Virus record (IMG/VR): IMGVR_UViG_3300033067_000266
Location: 1-36,308 of that record
DNA from: a virus
Lineage: Duplodnaviria > Caudoviricetes
Strand: one strand, 5' to 3'
DNA: 36,308 nucleotides
Shown here: positions 27,650 to 34,349 of the stretch, piece after piece
Layout of the letters: each line of letters starts with the position of its first letter
Position numbering within the stretch: the first letter of the stretch is position 1
Notes under the pieces: model-generated
Told to the model about the DNA's origin: nothing
What the model saw: the letters and a program-made list of their open reading frames with translations, nothing else
The model's database searches: none
Program-made: the position numbers and the translations under genes

Positions 27650-27677
27650 ATTCTAGGCACTCCAAAGGAATCCGCAA
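27650..27677 (-). promoter_or_regulatory. Sigma70-like promoter for a leaderless antisense microprotein mRNA
   Basis: TTGCGG-16 nt-TAGAAT, then 6 nt to the ATG. Confidence 0.55.
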
Positions 27678-28093
27678 TGATTAATTCACGCGACCTGGGC
27701 GATTTATTGCCGCGCACTGCTGCAAAAGTATCGGCGTTTATCAATGCCTGTAAAGCTGCGGGGATTGATTGCATCGTAACCAGTACCTACCGCGACAACG
27801 AATCGCAGGCCGCGCTATACGCCCAAGGGCGCACCAAATCCGGCCCGCGTGTGACCAACGCAGACGCAGGCCACAGCCCGCACAACTTCCGAGTAGCGTT
27901 TGATTTCGTGCCTGTTGTGATGGGTAAGGCTGTATGGGATGACGCTGTGCTTTGGAACCGCTGCGGCGCGATTGGTCGGGCGCTTGGACTGGAGTGGGGC
28001 GGCGACTTCGTGACGTTCCCCGACAAGCCGCATTTCCAAGACCTAGATGGACACACCCTAGAAGACTACAGAAGCGGAAAGGTGAAATCATGA
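27677..28093 (+). CDS. Endolysin, M15-family (L-Ala-D-Glu-type) peptidase
   Basis: YR..ESQAALYAQGR, SPHNFRVAFD, LEWGGDF, DKPHFQ; AAGGA RBS. Confidence 0.92.
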   Translation: MINSRDLGDLLPRTAAKVSAFINACKAAGIDCIVTSTYRDNESQAALYAQGRTKSGPRVTNADAGHSPHNFRVAFDFVPVVMGKAVWDDAVLWNRCGAIGRALGLEWGGDFVTFPDKPHFQDLDGHTLEDYRSGKVKS

Positions 28094-28296
28094 AACTAAT
28101 TTCAAACTGGAAAAAGGCGTGGCGCATGCTGAGCGTGCAGGCAATGGCGCTAGCTGGAGCAGTGCAGGGCGCATGGATGTTTATCCCGGATGACATGCGC
28201 TCAAGCATCCCGGCTAACCTGGCGCAGGCGGTAACGATTGCGCTTTTGGTGCTTGGTGTGGTGGGGCGGCTGGTAGACCAGCCAAAAACAAAATGA
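28090..28296 (+). CDS. Holin-like membrane protein
   Basis: MKLISNWKKAWRMLSVQ..., two TM segments, GRLVDQ; lies between the endolysin and spanin genes. Confidence 0.8.
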   Translation: MKLISNWKKAWRMLSVQAMALAGAVQGAWMFIPDDMRSSIPANLAQAVTIALLVLGVVGRLVDQPKTK

Positions 28297-28778
28297 CCCC
28301 GCTAATCCTCCTCAATTGGCGCATCTGGGCTGCTCTGGTGGTAGCTGTAGCGCTTGCGGCTAGTCACTGGAAGGCTTACCACATGGGAGGCGCATCTTGC
28401 CGTGCAGAAATGGCAGAACAGACGCTAAAACTTACAAACGATGCGCTAGCTGCCAGTGAGCAAAATCGAAAAACAGAGCAGACCCTTAACGAGAAAGTAA
28501 GAAAGGTTTCCAATGATTACGCAACTGAAAAAGCGGCTCACTTGCTTACTTCTCGCAAGCTTGGTGACAGCCTGCGCGACTTCACAGCCACACTCGATAG
28601 TGCAACCGCCGAAGATGCCGCCAGCGCCACCAGTGCTGCTGGAAGAGGAGGACTTGAGTTTGAGTTACTCGGAAATTGTGCGAAAACTCTTGTCTCAATG
28701 GCAGAAGAAGCTGACCGACTGGAGAACAAGGTCGTAGGGCTACAAGAGTATGTGAAAGCCGTTGGACTGGATAAGTAG
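28293..28778 (+). CDS. i-spanin (Rz-like)
   Basis: N-terminal TM, coiled coil, C-terminal Cys and ADRL..LQEYV. Confidence 0.85.
   Translation: MTPLILLNWRIWAALVVAVALAASHWKAYHMGGASCRAEMAEQTLKLTNDALAASEQNRKTEQTLNEKVRKVSNDYATEKAAHLLTSRKLGDSLRDFTATLDSATAEDAASATSAAGRGGLEFELLGNCAKTLVSMAEEADRLENKVVGLQEYVKAVGLDK
28513..28737 (+). CDS. o-spanin (Rz1-like lipoprotein) embedded in the +1 frame of the i-spanin
   Basis: Lipobox VTAC; Pro-rich PPKMPPAPP segment. Confidence 0.85.
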   Translation: MITQLKKRLTCLLLASLVTACATSQPHSIVQPPKMPPAPPVLLEEEDLSLSYSEIVRKLLSQWQKKLTDWRTRS

Positions 28779-28826
28779 AGTCTGAAAATGCTCCTAGAGT
28801 CGCCTTGAAATGTAGTGCTATGTCAG

Positions 28827-29312
28827 TCATACCTTAGCCTCCCAGCGGTTGCAGGAAAAATTCGGCGTTGATTCGAAAAAGGCGAATTCGTAAGACTCGA
28901 TCATGTCTCTCACAGAATCGTTGCTGCAATGGTGCCGTTCGTGCGACCTAGATTGAAGCCAATGCTTGCAGTGCTGGCAGGTCTTGTCCTGCTTTGCAAC
29001 CAAGCGGTTGACACAATCTTGAAGTTCACCCCAGCACCTATCGGCATCCATTGGGTGAGCCGTCCGATAGTTCAGGGCATACCAGAATAGATCGATGGCG
29101 TATTCATCGCCTTCAATGGAAGCCGCCACAATATCCCGCACATGCTTCTGCGCATCTGGCTCGTTTGGCTTTCCGCCCCAGTAGGTCATCGGCCGCCCCT
29201 CGTGGTCTGTGATTGGCTTTGGTTCTTCCTTCCTCCCCCAGTCGATGCAGTCATATCCTGCGGAAAACGCTTTGTCGTCTCGGCCTTGGCGTGGTGCGTG
29301 GCCCTTGCTCAT
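28827..29312 (-). CDS. Hypothetical modular phage protein with a Cys-rich C-terminus
   Basis: Start MSKGHAPRQ (ATGA overlap); CQHCKHW...C...FSCNRWE. Confidence 0.7.
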   Translation of the reverse strand: MSKGHAPRQGRDDKAFSAGYDCIDWGRKEEPKPITDHEGRPMTYWGGKPNEPDAQKHVRDIVAASIEGDEYAIDLFWYALNYRTAHPMDADRCWGELQDCVNRLVAKQDKTCQHCKHWLQSRSHERHHCSNDSVRDMIESYEFAFFESTPNFSCNRWEAKV

Positions 29313-29593
29313 GGCATAGCCTTTCCAACCTCGGCGGCTGCGCGGACGATGGCGCGGCGGGTGGCGGCGTATGGGTCTCCGCAGTGCATTTCGCATTGGT
29401 ATCCAGCCGCTGGACCTGCTTCTGTGTGGCCGTATCGTGAAGAAACATCAACAAGCAGATTCAACTTCACCGCCAGCCGCAGCGCATCGCCATCGTCTGT
29501 GAGTGGCGACCACGGCTTGTCAATACACCCGTTCTTGTGGTCCCACATTCCGCATGCCTTAGCCGCGAACTCAATCAATTCACGATCAACCAT
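29309..29593 (-). CDS. Conserved phage protein (WSPLTDDGDALRLAVKL family)
   Basis: DRELIEFAAKA, W.PL.DDGDALRLA and ATRRAIVRAAAE motifs; GGAG RBS. Confidence 0.8.
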   Translation of the reverse strand: MVDRELIEFAAKACGMWDHKNGCIDKPWSPLTDDGDALRLAVKLNLLVDVSSRYGHTEAGPAAGYQCEMHCGDPYAATRRAIVRAAAEVGKAMP

Positions 29594-29987
29594 GGCTGTC
29601 TCCTTGTGCTGCAATAGTCGCTAACGCATCCTTTGCGCAATATGCTGCTGGGCCTGCTGGCTCCCACGGATCGAACGATGCAATATGCGCTAGTGCTTGC
29701 GCCATCGCATCCCTTTCCCCCTTAACCCGCTCAAGCTCTTTGCGCAGGGCTTCGGTGTCGGGTGGGGCGGTGAATAGGCGCCGATCTGTTTCAAGAAGCA
29801 AAGCTTGATTGCTTATCAATGCTGGTTGCCCATCGCGCCAAACAACACTTGGCACAGGCTACACTTCCGGCGCATCAATAGCGGCGCGTAGTGCTGTTGA
29901 CAAATTCCAACCGTCGTTATTCAACACTACATCCATCGGCGTGTTTTCGATGAATGTAAGCGCCCTCTGTAATAGCTGCTTGGTCAT
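29586..29987 (-). pseudogene. Phage gene interrupted by one in-frame TAG at 29859-29861
   Basis: MTKQLLQRAL...AIDAPEV*PVPSVVW...LFTAPPDTEALRKEL...; RBS at 29987 and the same frame on both sides of the stop. Confidence 0.7.
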
Positions 29988-30130
29988 TTCAAAACCTCAT
30001 GTGTAAGCACCGTCAAAACTTTGTCCAAATCTTCCAGCAAGTAATCTGGCAGTTTGTGCTTCTCCGTAAAGCTCCACGCTTCAAGTGCTGACAGCAGTTT
30101 GATCGTGTCTAGTATTTCTGGCTTGGTCAT
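29984..30130 (-). CDS. 48-aa hypothetical phage protein
   Basis: MTKPEILDTIKLLSALEAWSF...HEVLK; ATGA overlaps at both ends. Confidence 0.75.
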   Translation of the reverse strand: MTKPEILDTIKLLSALEAWSFTEKHKLPDYLLEDLDKVLTVLTHEVLK

Positions 30131-30489
30131 TTGGATTGCTCCTTCTGGTTTGTATCTGGGGCGGCTTGCAATGCGGCGTGGATTTCTTTCTCGACTTTGC
30201 TAGCGAAGTCTCCACGGCTCGAAACCTTGTAAGTGTCGGTTCCAAATATCGATACTGAAATGGCTTGAAGTGCGCGGCCCAGTAGCTCACGAGGAACCAG
30301 CACGTAGCCGGGTATCTGTGCTGGCTGGGCGGCCTGTGCGGCAACCCATGCAGCCTCCCAAGTGGCTAGCCTGTGACGCGGCACGATGCAATCAAGTGCA
30401 CTGACAGCGGGCGAACCAGCTTCATACATTTTTAAGGTTGTGGAATCGTTTGGGTATTTGGCCTCAAAAGCCATGCGCATTGTTGTCAT
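30127..30489 (-). CDS. Hypothetical phage early protein
   Basis: GGAG RBS; MTTMRMAFEA, WEAAW, IPGYVLVP. Confidence 0.7.
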   Translation of the reverse strand: MTTMRMAFEAKYPNDSTTLKMYEAGSPAVSALDCIVPRHRLATWEAAWVAAQAAQPAQIPGYVLVPRELLGRALQAISVSIFGTDTYKVSSRGDFASKVEKEIHAALQAAPDTNQKEQSK

Positions 30490-30490
30490 T

Positions 30491-31324
30491 TCAAACTCCC
30501 TTTGCCTCAAACGCTGCACGCTGCCTAGCCTCAACGCTCGCCTCTGTCTCAAACGGCCAAGCCGCCATCGGATTGACTACATCCGTGCGCAGATCGCCTA
30601 CTCTGGGTGTGTGGGGTGGGTGCGGCATTGGCAAGCCTGTAACCATGTTGTCGATTTGCGAAAGCACGTCATACAGTCCATCACATACTTCGAAGGTTGG
30701 CGCTTCTTTCTTATAAAACTTTTTCCACAGATAGATTGCGATGTTCTTAGCATATGCGCTGGCATCGTCTGTTGGTTGTGCCAACTTTGACTCTGCGGCT
30801 TTGGCGCGATCCGCCCATTCACCAACAACATCAAGCCAGCCTTGATGGCGAGTGCATGTTGCGATACGGTTGTCGTCAGCATCCCAACGACAAGAACAAC
30901 TTTGTAGCTCTTGGCTTGGCTGCGGGGATGCGCCTGCTGCTGCGTAAAGTGAGTCACCAGAGCGCAGTTTGTTTTCCATGCTGTAGTGGATGGTACCTGT
31001 ACGCTCATTCACGGCTACATCAAAGATGGCCACTGGCTTCTGTTCGACCAACTCCGCAAGCCGCGCCCGTAGCTCTGCATTCTCAGTGCGCAGCGCATCG
31101 TTGCCGATGTGTTTGATGTGGCCCTCAAGCCGTGAAATTTTCCCGAGTGCGTCTTGATAGTGGCCGAAGTAGGGTCCGCTTTTTTCATTGCGCAGCCGCT
31201 CAATCTCAGCCTGTGCAGCCTTCAGGGCGTCGGCGGCCTCTGTGCACCTTGCCCAACAGTAGATAGCATCCCCATCTGCGCCAGCACTGCGCAGTCGGTC
31301 TATCAGGTCTTGTGTGGTGGTCAT
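30491..31324 (-). CDS. Modular phage early protein (Ea22/EaD-like mosaic architecture)
   Basis: DLIDRLR, EAADAL..EIERLR, QKPVA and LYAA linker motifs. Confidence 0.7.
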   Translation of the reverse strand: MTTTQDLIDRLRSAGADGDAIYCWARCTEAADALKAAQAEIERLRNEKSGPYFGHYQDALGKISRLEGHIKHIGNDALRTENAELRARLAELVEQKPVAIFDVAVNERTGTIHYSMENKLRSGDSLYAAAGASPQPSQELQSCSCRWDADDNRIATCTRHQGWLDVVGEWADRAKAAESKLAQPTDDASAYAKNIAIYLWKKFYKKEAPTFEVCDGLYDVLSQIDNMVTGLPMPHPPHTPRVGDLRTDVVNPMAAWPFETEASVEARQRAAFEAKGV

Positions 31325-31557
31325 GTCAGTTCCTTGGTGATTGCGGCGTCGATGGCGGCGTCCATGTCCTGCTCTGTCTGAGCATGCATAACAGCATTCC
31401 ACCCGTCCATTGACGCAGATTCTTCAAATTCGTTAATCCACTGATTGCGCAACCAGCGATACCGCTCTGCATCCTTGCGCAACGTCTCAATCTCAGCTTC
31501 CAGCGCTTCAATCTTGCGCAACGTCGGCAGGTAGTCGCTCGTTTTTTCGTTTGTCAT
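31321..31557 (-). CDS. Phage protein with a DAERYRWLR motif
   Basis: LRKDAERYRWLR...DAAIDAAI; AGGA RBS. Confidence 0.8.
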   Translation of the reverse strand: MTNEKTSDYLPTLRKIEALEAEIETLRKDAERYRWLRNQWINEFEESASMDGWNAVMHAQTEQDMDAAIDAAITKELT

Positions 31558-31572
31558 CTTGCGTCCTTTGTC

Positions 31573-31627
31573 GCTATATTTAACGTAGCAATGTGCCTAT
31601 ATTCCACGAGGGCTAGAGGCTGGTTTT
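31573..31627. repeat. REP-like double-hairpin element resembling Comamonadaceae intergenic repeats
   Basis: Minus strand reads AAAACCAGCCTCTAGCCCTCGTGGAATATAGGCACATTGCTACGTTAAATATAGC; family resemblance is from recall and was not searched. Confidence 0.5.
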
Positions 31628-31638
31628 ATGGGTGGTAG

Positions 31639-31682
31639 CGCCAACTTATAGAGCAGAGGTTGCTCTATACATTGCGTTATAC
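31639..31682 (+). other. Degenerate attC-like (or attI-position) site A
   Basis: CGCCAAC ... tatagagca/tgctctata stem ... GTTATAC; only 44 bp, but its GTT end is complementary to the R'' box of site B. Confidence 0.55.
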
Positions 31683-31689
31683 GACTCAG

Positions 31690-32010
31690 TCATCGCTTTG
31701 GCTCCTGTGCTGCATTAATGCCACGCGCAACGCACCACGCCAGCACGTTCTTGTCGTTCCATTCTTGCGGCACAGTTTCTAGTTGCTGGGCCAAAAGCGC
31801 GTCGTGCTTTTCGATCCAGTGCGCTACTTGCTTTGCGTACATGTTTGCCGCGCTGCGTTCAGTTTCTAGGGCCAACTGCAATGCCTCGCAAGTGGCTTTC
31901 CATTCAAGTGCTTGCTTTCCAAGCGTCAAAACTTCCTCGTGCAAGCGTTGCTGCATTTTCAAAATTGACGGATTGCTGGTTTGGCGCACCAGAATTTGTA
32001 GGTCGGTCAT
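31690..32010 (-). CDS. Coiled-coil hypothetical protein (cassette 1)
   Basis: 106-aa ORF ATGA-coupled to the upstream gene. Confidence 0.7.
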   Translation of the reverse strand: MTDLQILVRQTSNPSILKMQQRLHEEVLTLGKQALEWKATCEALQLALETERSAANMYAKQVAHWIEKHDALLAQQLETVPQEWNDKNVLAWCVARGINAAQEPKR

Positions 32011-32207
32011 TTCCTAGCCTCCAGCATTGCATCGGCAGCTTTGTAAGCTGCTTTCGCGGCGTTTTCGTCGGTTGTGCAGTGGTCGAAGCAAAGTTGCATC
32101 GCCTTCGCTGCGAAATAGTCACGGAGCATCATTCCTGTAGTTCCGGGGTGAATTGGCTCGTTTGCGGGAACCGGAAATGCTGGCCCGCCTGTTTCAATAT
32201 CAACCAT
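32007..32207 (-). CDS. Conserved phage protein of the GPAFP/LRDYFAAKAMQ family (cassette 1)
   Basis: AAGGA RBS; GGPAFP, LRDYFAAKAMQ, AYKAADAMLEAR. Confidence 0.85.
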   Translation of the reverse strand: MVDIETGGPAFPVPANEPIHPGTTGMMLRDYFAAKAMQLCFDHCTTDENAAKAAYKAADAMLEARK

Positions 32208-32234
32208 TTGATATTCCTTAATAGTTCGTCGTTC

Positions 32235-32287
32235 GTATAACAGGTCAATCAAGGCCGACCTGCGGCGGCTTATCTCCGGCGTTAAAC
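32235..32287 (+). other. attC site B
   Basis: GTATAAC-aggtc-AATCAAGG...GCTTATC-tccggc-GTTAAAC. Confidence 0.8.
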
Positions 32288-32291
32288 CGCA

Positions 32292-32543
32292 TCAAATCAG
32301 CGCGTAGCCATCTTCAAATGCTTTTGCAGGGCTATACGATTCGTAGCCATCGGCGTACACCACGTAGTAGCCTCCTGCCTCTGGGTTGTGTTTGCGCTCA
32401 TAGGCTTCGCTCACAATCTTTGGCGCATAGGCTGGGTTTTCAAACGTGAGTACGGTTACTTCCTCGCTTGCAATACTTTTTATCTTTAATGCCCATACGG
32501 TTTTGTGGCTTACGTACTTTGGCATCTCCATTTGTGTGCTCAT
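32292..32543 (-). CDS. Conserved phage protein with a GYYVVY.DGYES.SP..AFE.GY motif (cassette 2)
   Basis: AAGGA RBS; MPKYVSHKTVWALKI N-terminus. Confidence 0.82.
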   Translation of the reverse strand: MSTQMEMPKYVSHKTVWALKIKSIASEEVTVLTFENPAYAPKIVSEAYERKHNPEAGGYYVVYADGYESYSPAKAFEDGYALI

Positions 32544-32570
32544 GTTCATTCCTTTTGTTGTAAAAATTCG

Positions 32571-32624
32571 GTTTAACTCAACGCTCGGCACGGATGCTCC
32601 GCACCGGGCAGCTATGCGTTATGG
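32571..32624 (+). other. attC site C
   Basis: GTTTAAC-tcaac-GCTCGGCA..cgga/tccg..GGGCAGC-tatgc-GTTATGG. Confidence 0.72.
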
Positions 32625-32897
32625 CGCATGCGCAGCAACCAGCGCCCGTACCGTTGCGACAAACTCCGCCCGCGTTTTTGGTGTTGGCGCTTCTCGAATT
32701 TCGCAAAGTGCCCACCGGTCAAAGTCGGCATATGTATCACCGCACTGGAGCATGTTGTAGCAATTCACTCGCCACTCGCGCCCATGTCCATGCAGATAAA
32801 ACCATCGGTATCCAAGGCCGCGCTTGTCACATCCCTTGTCTCGTGGGCGCAGCCGTGCGGCCCGGCACCAGTCTTTCCATTGCTTTGGTAATTTCAT
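32619..32897 (-). CDS. Hypothetical protein (cassette 3)
   Basis: GGAG RBS, MKLPKQWKDWC; the TAA stop lies within the core of site C. Confidence 0.75.
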   Translation of the reverse strand: MKLPKQWKDWCRAARLRPRDKGCDKRGLGYRWFYLHGHGREWRVNCYNMLQCGDTYADFDRWALCEIREAPTPKTRAEFVATVRALVAAHAP

Positions 32898-32921
32898 GTT
32901 CTTTCTCCAATTAAAAATGCG

Positions 32922-33023
32922 CCATAACATTTCGTTCCATGCGACCCAACACGGCGGGTCGCGCTTGTCTCGTTTACCCGGCACCGTTGCGCCGTGTCGG
33001 TCGCCTGAACTCAGGCGTTAGGT
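32922..33023 (+). other. attC site D (102 bp)
   Basis: CCATAAC-atttc-GTTCCATG-cgacc..acacggcg...cgccgtgt..ggtcg-CCTGAAC-tcaggc-GTTAGGT. Confidence 0.88.
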
Positions 33024-33352
33024 TGCTTCCCGCACTCGCCGCGCAGTTCTTCCATGCACTGCCACAAACGGCCGTCGCCGTTCTTCTGGTGCGTCGTGGT
33101 GTCCCATGCGTCCATTGCGCGCTGCATGACGTGCTGCTGGCGCTCAATCATGGCGGCGGCTTGCGACAAGGCCATCTCAAGGCCCGCGATCACGTCCGCG
33201 CTATTTGTGCCGTCCTGCGGGCTCTTGGCATACAGCGGCTGCTGCTCAATGGCAAGGTCTGTGCCCCACTTCCAGGGCGGAACCTCAGTCAACCGCCACT
33301 GGAATTTGTCCACGCCCATCGTAGGGCGGTAGCGCCACGCCACGATGTTCAT
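33011..33352 (-). CDS. Hypothetical phage protein (cassette 4); C-terminus PNA* encoded by site D
   Basis: MNIVAWRYRP, QPLY; ATGA overlap. Confidence 0.7.
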   Translation of the reverse strand: MNIVAWRYRPTMGVDKFQWRLTEVPPWKWGTDLAIEQQPLYAKSPQDGTNSADVIAGLEMALSQAAAMIERQQHVMQRAMDAWDTTTHQKNGDGRLWQCMEELRGECGKQPNA

Positions 33353-33573
33353 TTCGTCACCTGCGGCGGTGGCGTCTTGCACTCGGCCTGCAAGAACGCA
33401 ATGGTCGGCGCCTCTTTGCGCAGCGCGTAATACTCCACCTGCACCTTGGCGCTGCCGATCATCTTCCCTGCGAGGTTCGCCAGTTCGGCGGCTTCGTTCG
33501 GCTTAATTTCTCCGGCCTTTAGCTTCTCAAAAGTCAAGGCTAGCTCTTTTCTCAATTCGTCGCAGTTTTGCAT
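33349..33573 (-). CDS. Conserved small phage protein (cassette 4)
   Basis: GGAG upstream; MQNCDELRKEL...ANLAGKMIGSAKVQVEY. Confidence 0.8.
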   Translation of the reverse strand: MQNCDELRKELALTFEKLKAGEIKPNEAAELANLAGKMIGSAKVQVEYYALRKEAPTIAFLQAECKTPPPQVTK

Positions 33574-33932
33574 TTCCAAATCTCCCGTTTGAGTTTCAAC
33601 AATTCGCGGTGCGCGTCTACAAGTGGCTCCGGTATCTGCGCGTTTGGTATTGAGTACACCTGCGCAATCTTCCTTCTCACATAGCCCTCTGTCAGCGTGT
33701 CGCGTTCTTTCTTTGCTTGCGCTTTCACCTTGTCGGGGTTTGCGGCCTTGTACTTCGCTTTTATCGCATTGCTTCTGGCTCTGTTTTCCGTTCGCCATGC
33801 AAGCTGCCGCTGCCGTTCCTCGTCAAGATGCAAAGCCCTGTACGCGGCGTTTCGTGCGCTTATCCGATCTTTGTTTGCCGCGTAGTAAGCTTTCCCATTT
33901 GCTGCCTTTTCCGCTTTGTCTTTGTATGGCAT
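33552..33932 (-). CDS. Basic helical phage protein (cassette 4)
   Basis: MPYKDK..YYAANKDRI...LTEGYVRR...LKLKR. Confidence 0.78.
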   Translation of the reverse strand: MPYKDKAEKAANGKAYYAANKDRISARNAAYRALHLDEERQRQLAWRTENRARSNAIKAKYKAANPDKVKAQAKKERDTLTEGYVRRKIAQVYSIPNAQIPEPLVDAHRELLKLKREIWKCKTATN

Positions 33933-33945
33933 GGCTCACCCCATT

Positions 33946-34003
33946 ACATAACAGGTCGTTCGATCAAATTCGCTTCGCTCATTGCTCAACTCCAGCGTTA
34001 CTC
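33946..34003 (+). other. attC site E
   Basis: ACATAAC-aggtc-GTTCGATC...GCTCAAC-tccagc-GTTACTC. Confidence 0.82.
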
Positions 34004-34123
34004 ATATCTACCCCTAACCCACCACACACACCGCGCCAAGCCCTTAGCCGCGCAGTACACAGCCCAGCACGCCCACAAAAAGGGTATGCCGATGAAGAAG
34101 CAGAAGGCTAGGCGGCGGGTCAT
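33998..34123 (-). CDS. 41-aa membrane microprotein; its TAA stop is in the core of site E
   Basis: MTRRLAFCFFIGIPFLWACWAVYCAAKGLARCVWWVRGRYE; ATGA overlap. Confidence 0.6.
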   Translation of the reverse strand: MTRRLAFCFFIGIPFLWACWAVYCAAKGLARCVWWVRGRYE

Positions 34124-34338
34124 GATTGCCTTTTCAGACTCTGCCAATCTGGCCTAGAGTCGGCGCAAAGATTCATCCACCCCACATAATCACGCTGCTT
34201 TGTTGCGTTCTCACGTTTTGCCCGGTCAATCACGGACCGACAAAGGTTGCACATTGATCTAGGCCGGTTGTTTCCGTCCTGAGTGGCAAACCGTGTTTCA
34301 GCTTCAGACTTTCCGCAGGCTTTGCATGTGTGGGTCAT
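34120..34338 (-). CDS. Zinc-finger (CxxC...CxxC) protein
   Basis: CKACG...CNLC; AAGGA RBS. Confidence 0.75.
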   Translation of the reverse strand: MTHTCKACGKSEAETRFATQDGNNRPRSMCNLCRSVIDRAKRENATKQRDYVGWMNLCADSRPDWQSLKRQS

Positions 34339-34349
34339 GGTTATATCCT

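Larger units (their letters stand above)
31639..34003 (+). mobile_element. Integron-like cassette array without integrase (CALIN-like), 4 cassettes, ORFs inverted
   Basis: Five AAC...GTT palindromic sites at gene boundaries, with complementary cassette ends. Confidence 0.8.

Noticed and set aside
29859-29861. Genome-wide TAG stop-codon reassignment
   Set aside because: Only one internal TAG was found. Long structural genes are uninterrupted, and TAG ends both spanin genes and 35599..35796. No suppressor tRNA is seen.
30696-30704. GTTGGCGCT complementary to the left box of site A, as a possible fifth cassette boundary
   Set aside because: It lies mid-gene with no attC stem upstream, and the same 9-mer recurs near 32684, so chance is likely.
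32235-33023. attC-like hairpins interpreted as simple intrinsic terminators
   Set aside because: They lack T tails, have R/L box spacing, and show cross-site end complementarity that terminators would not produce.
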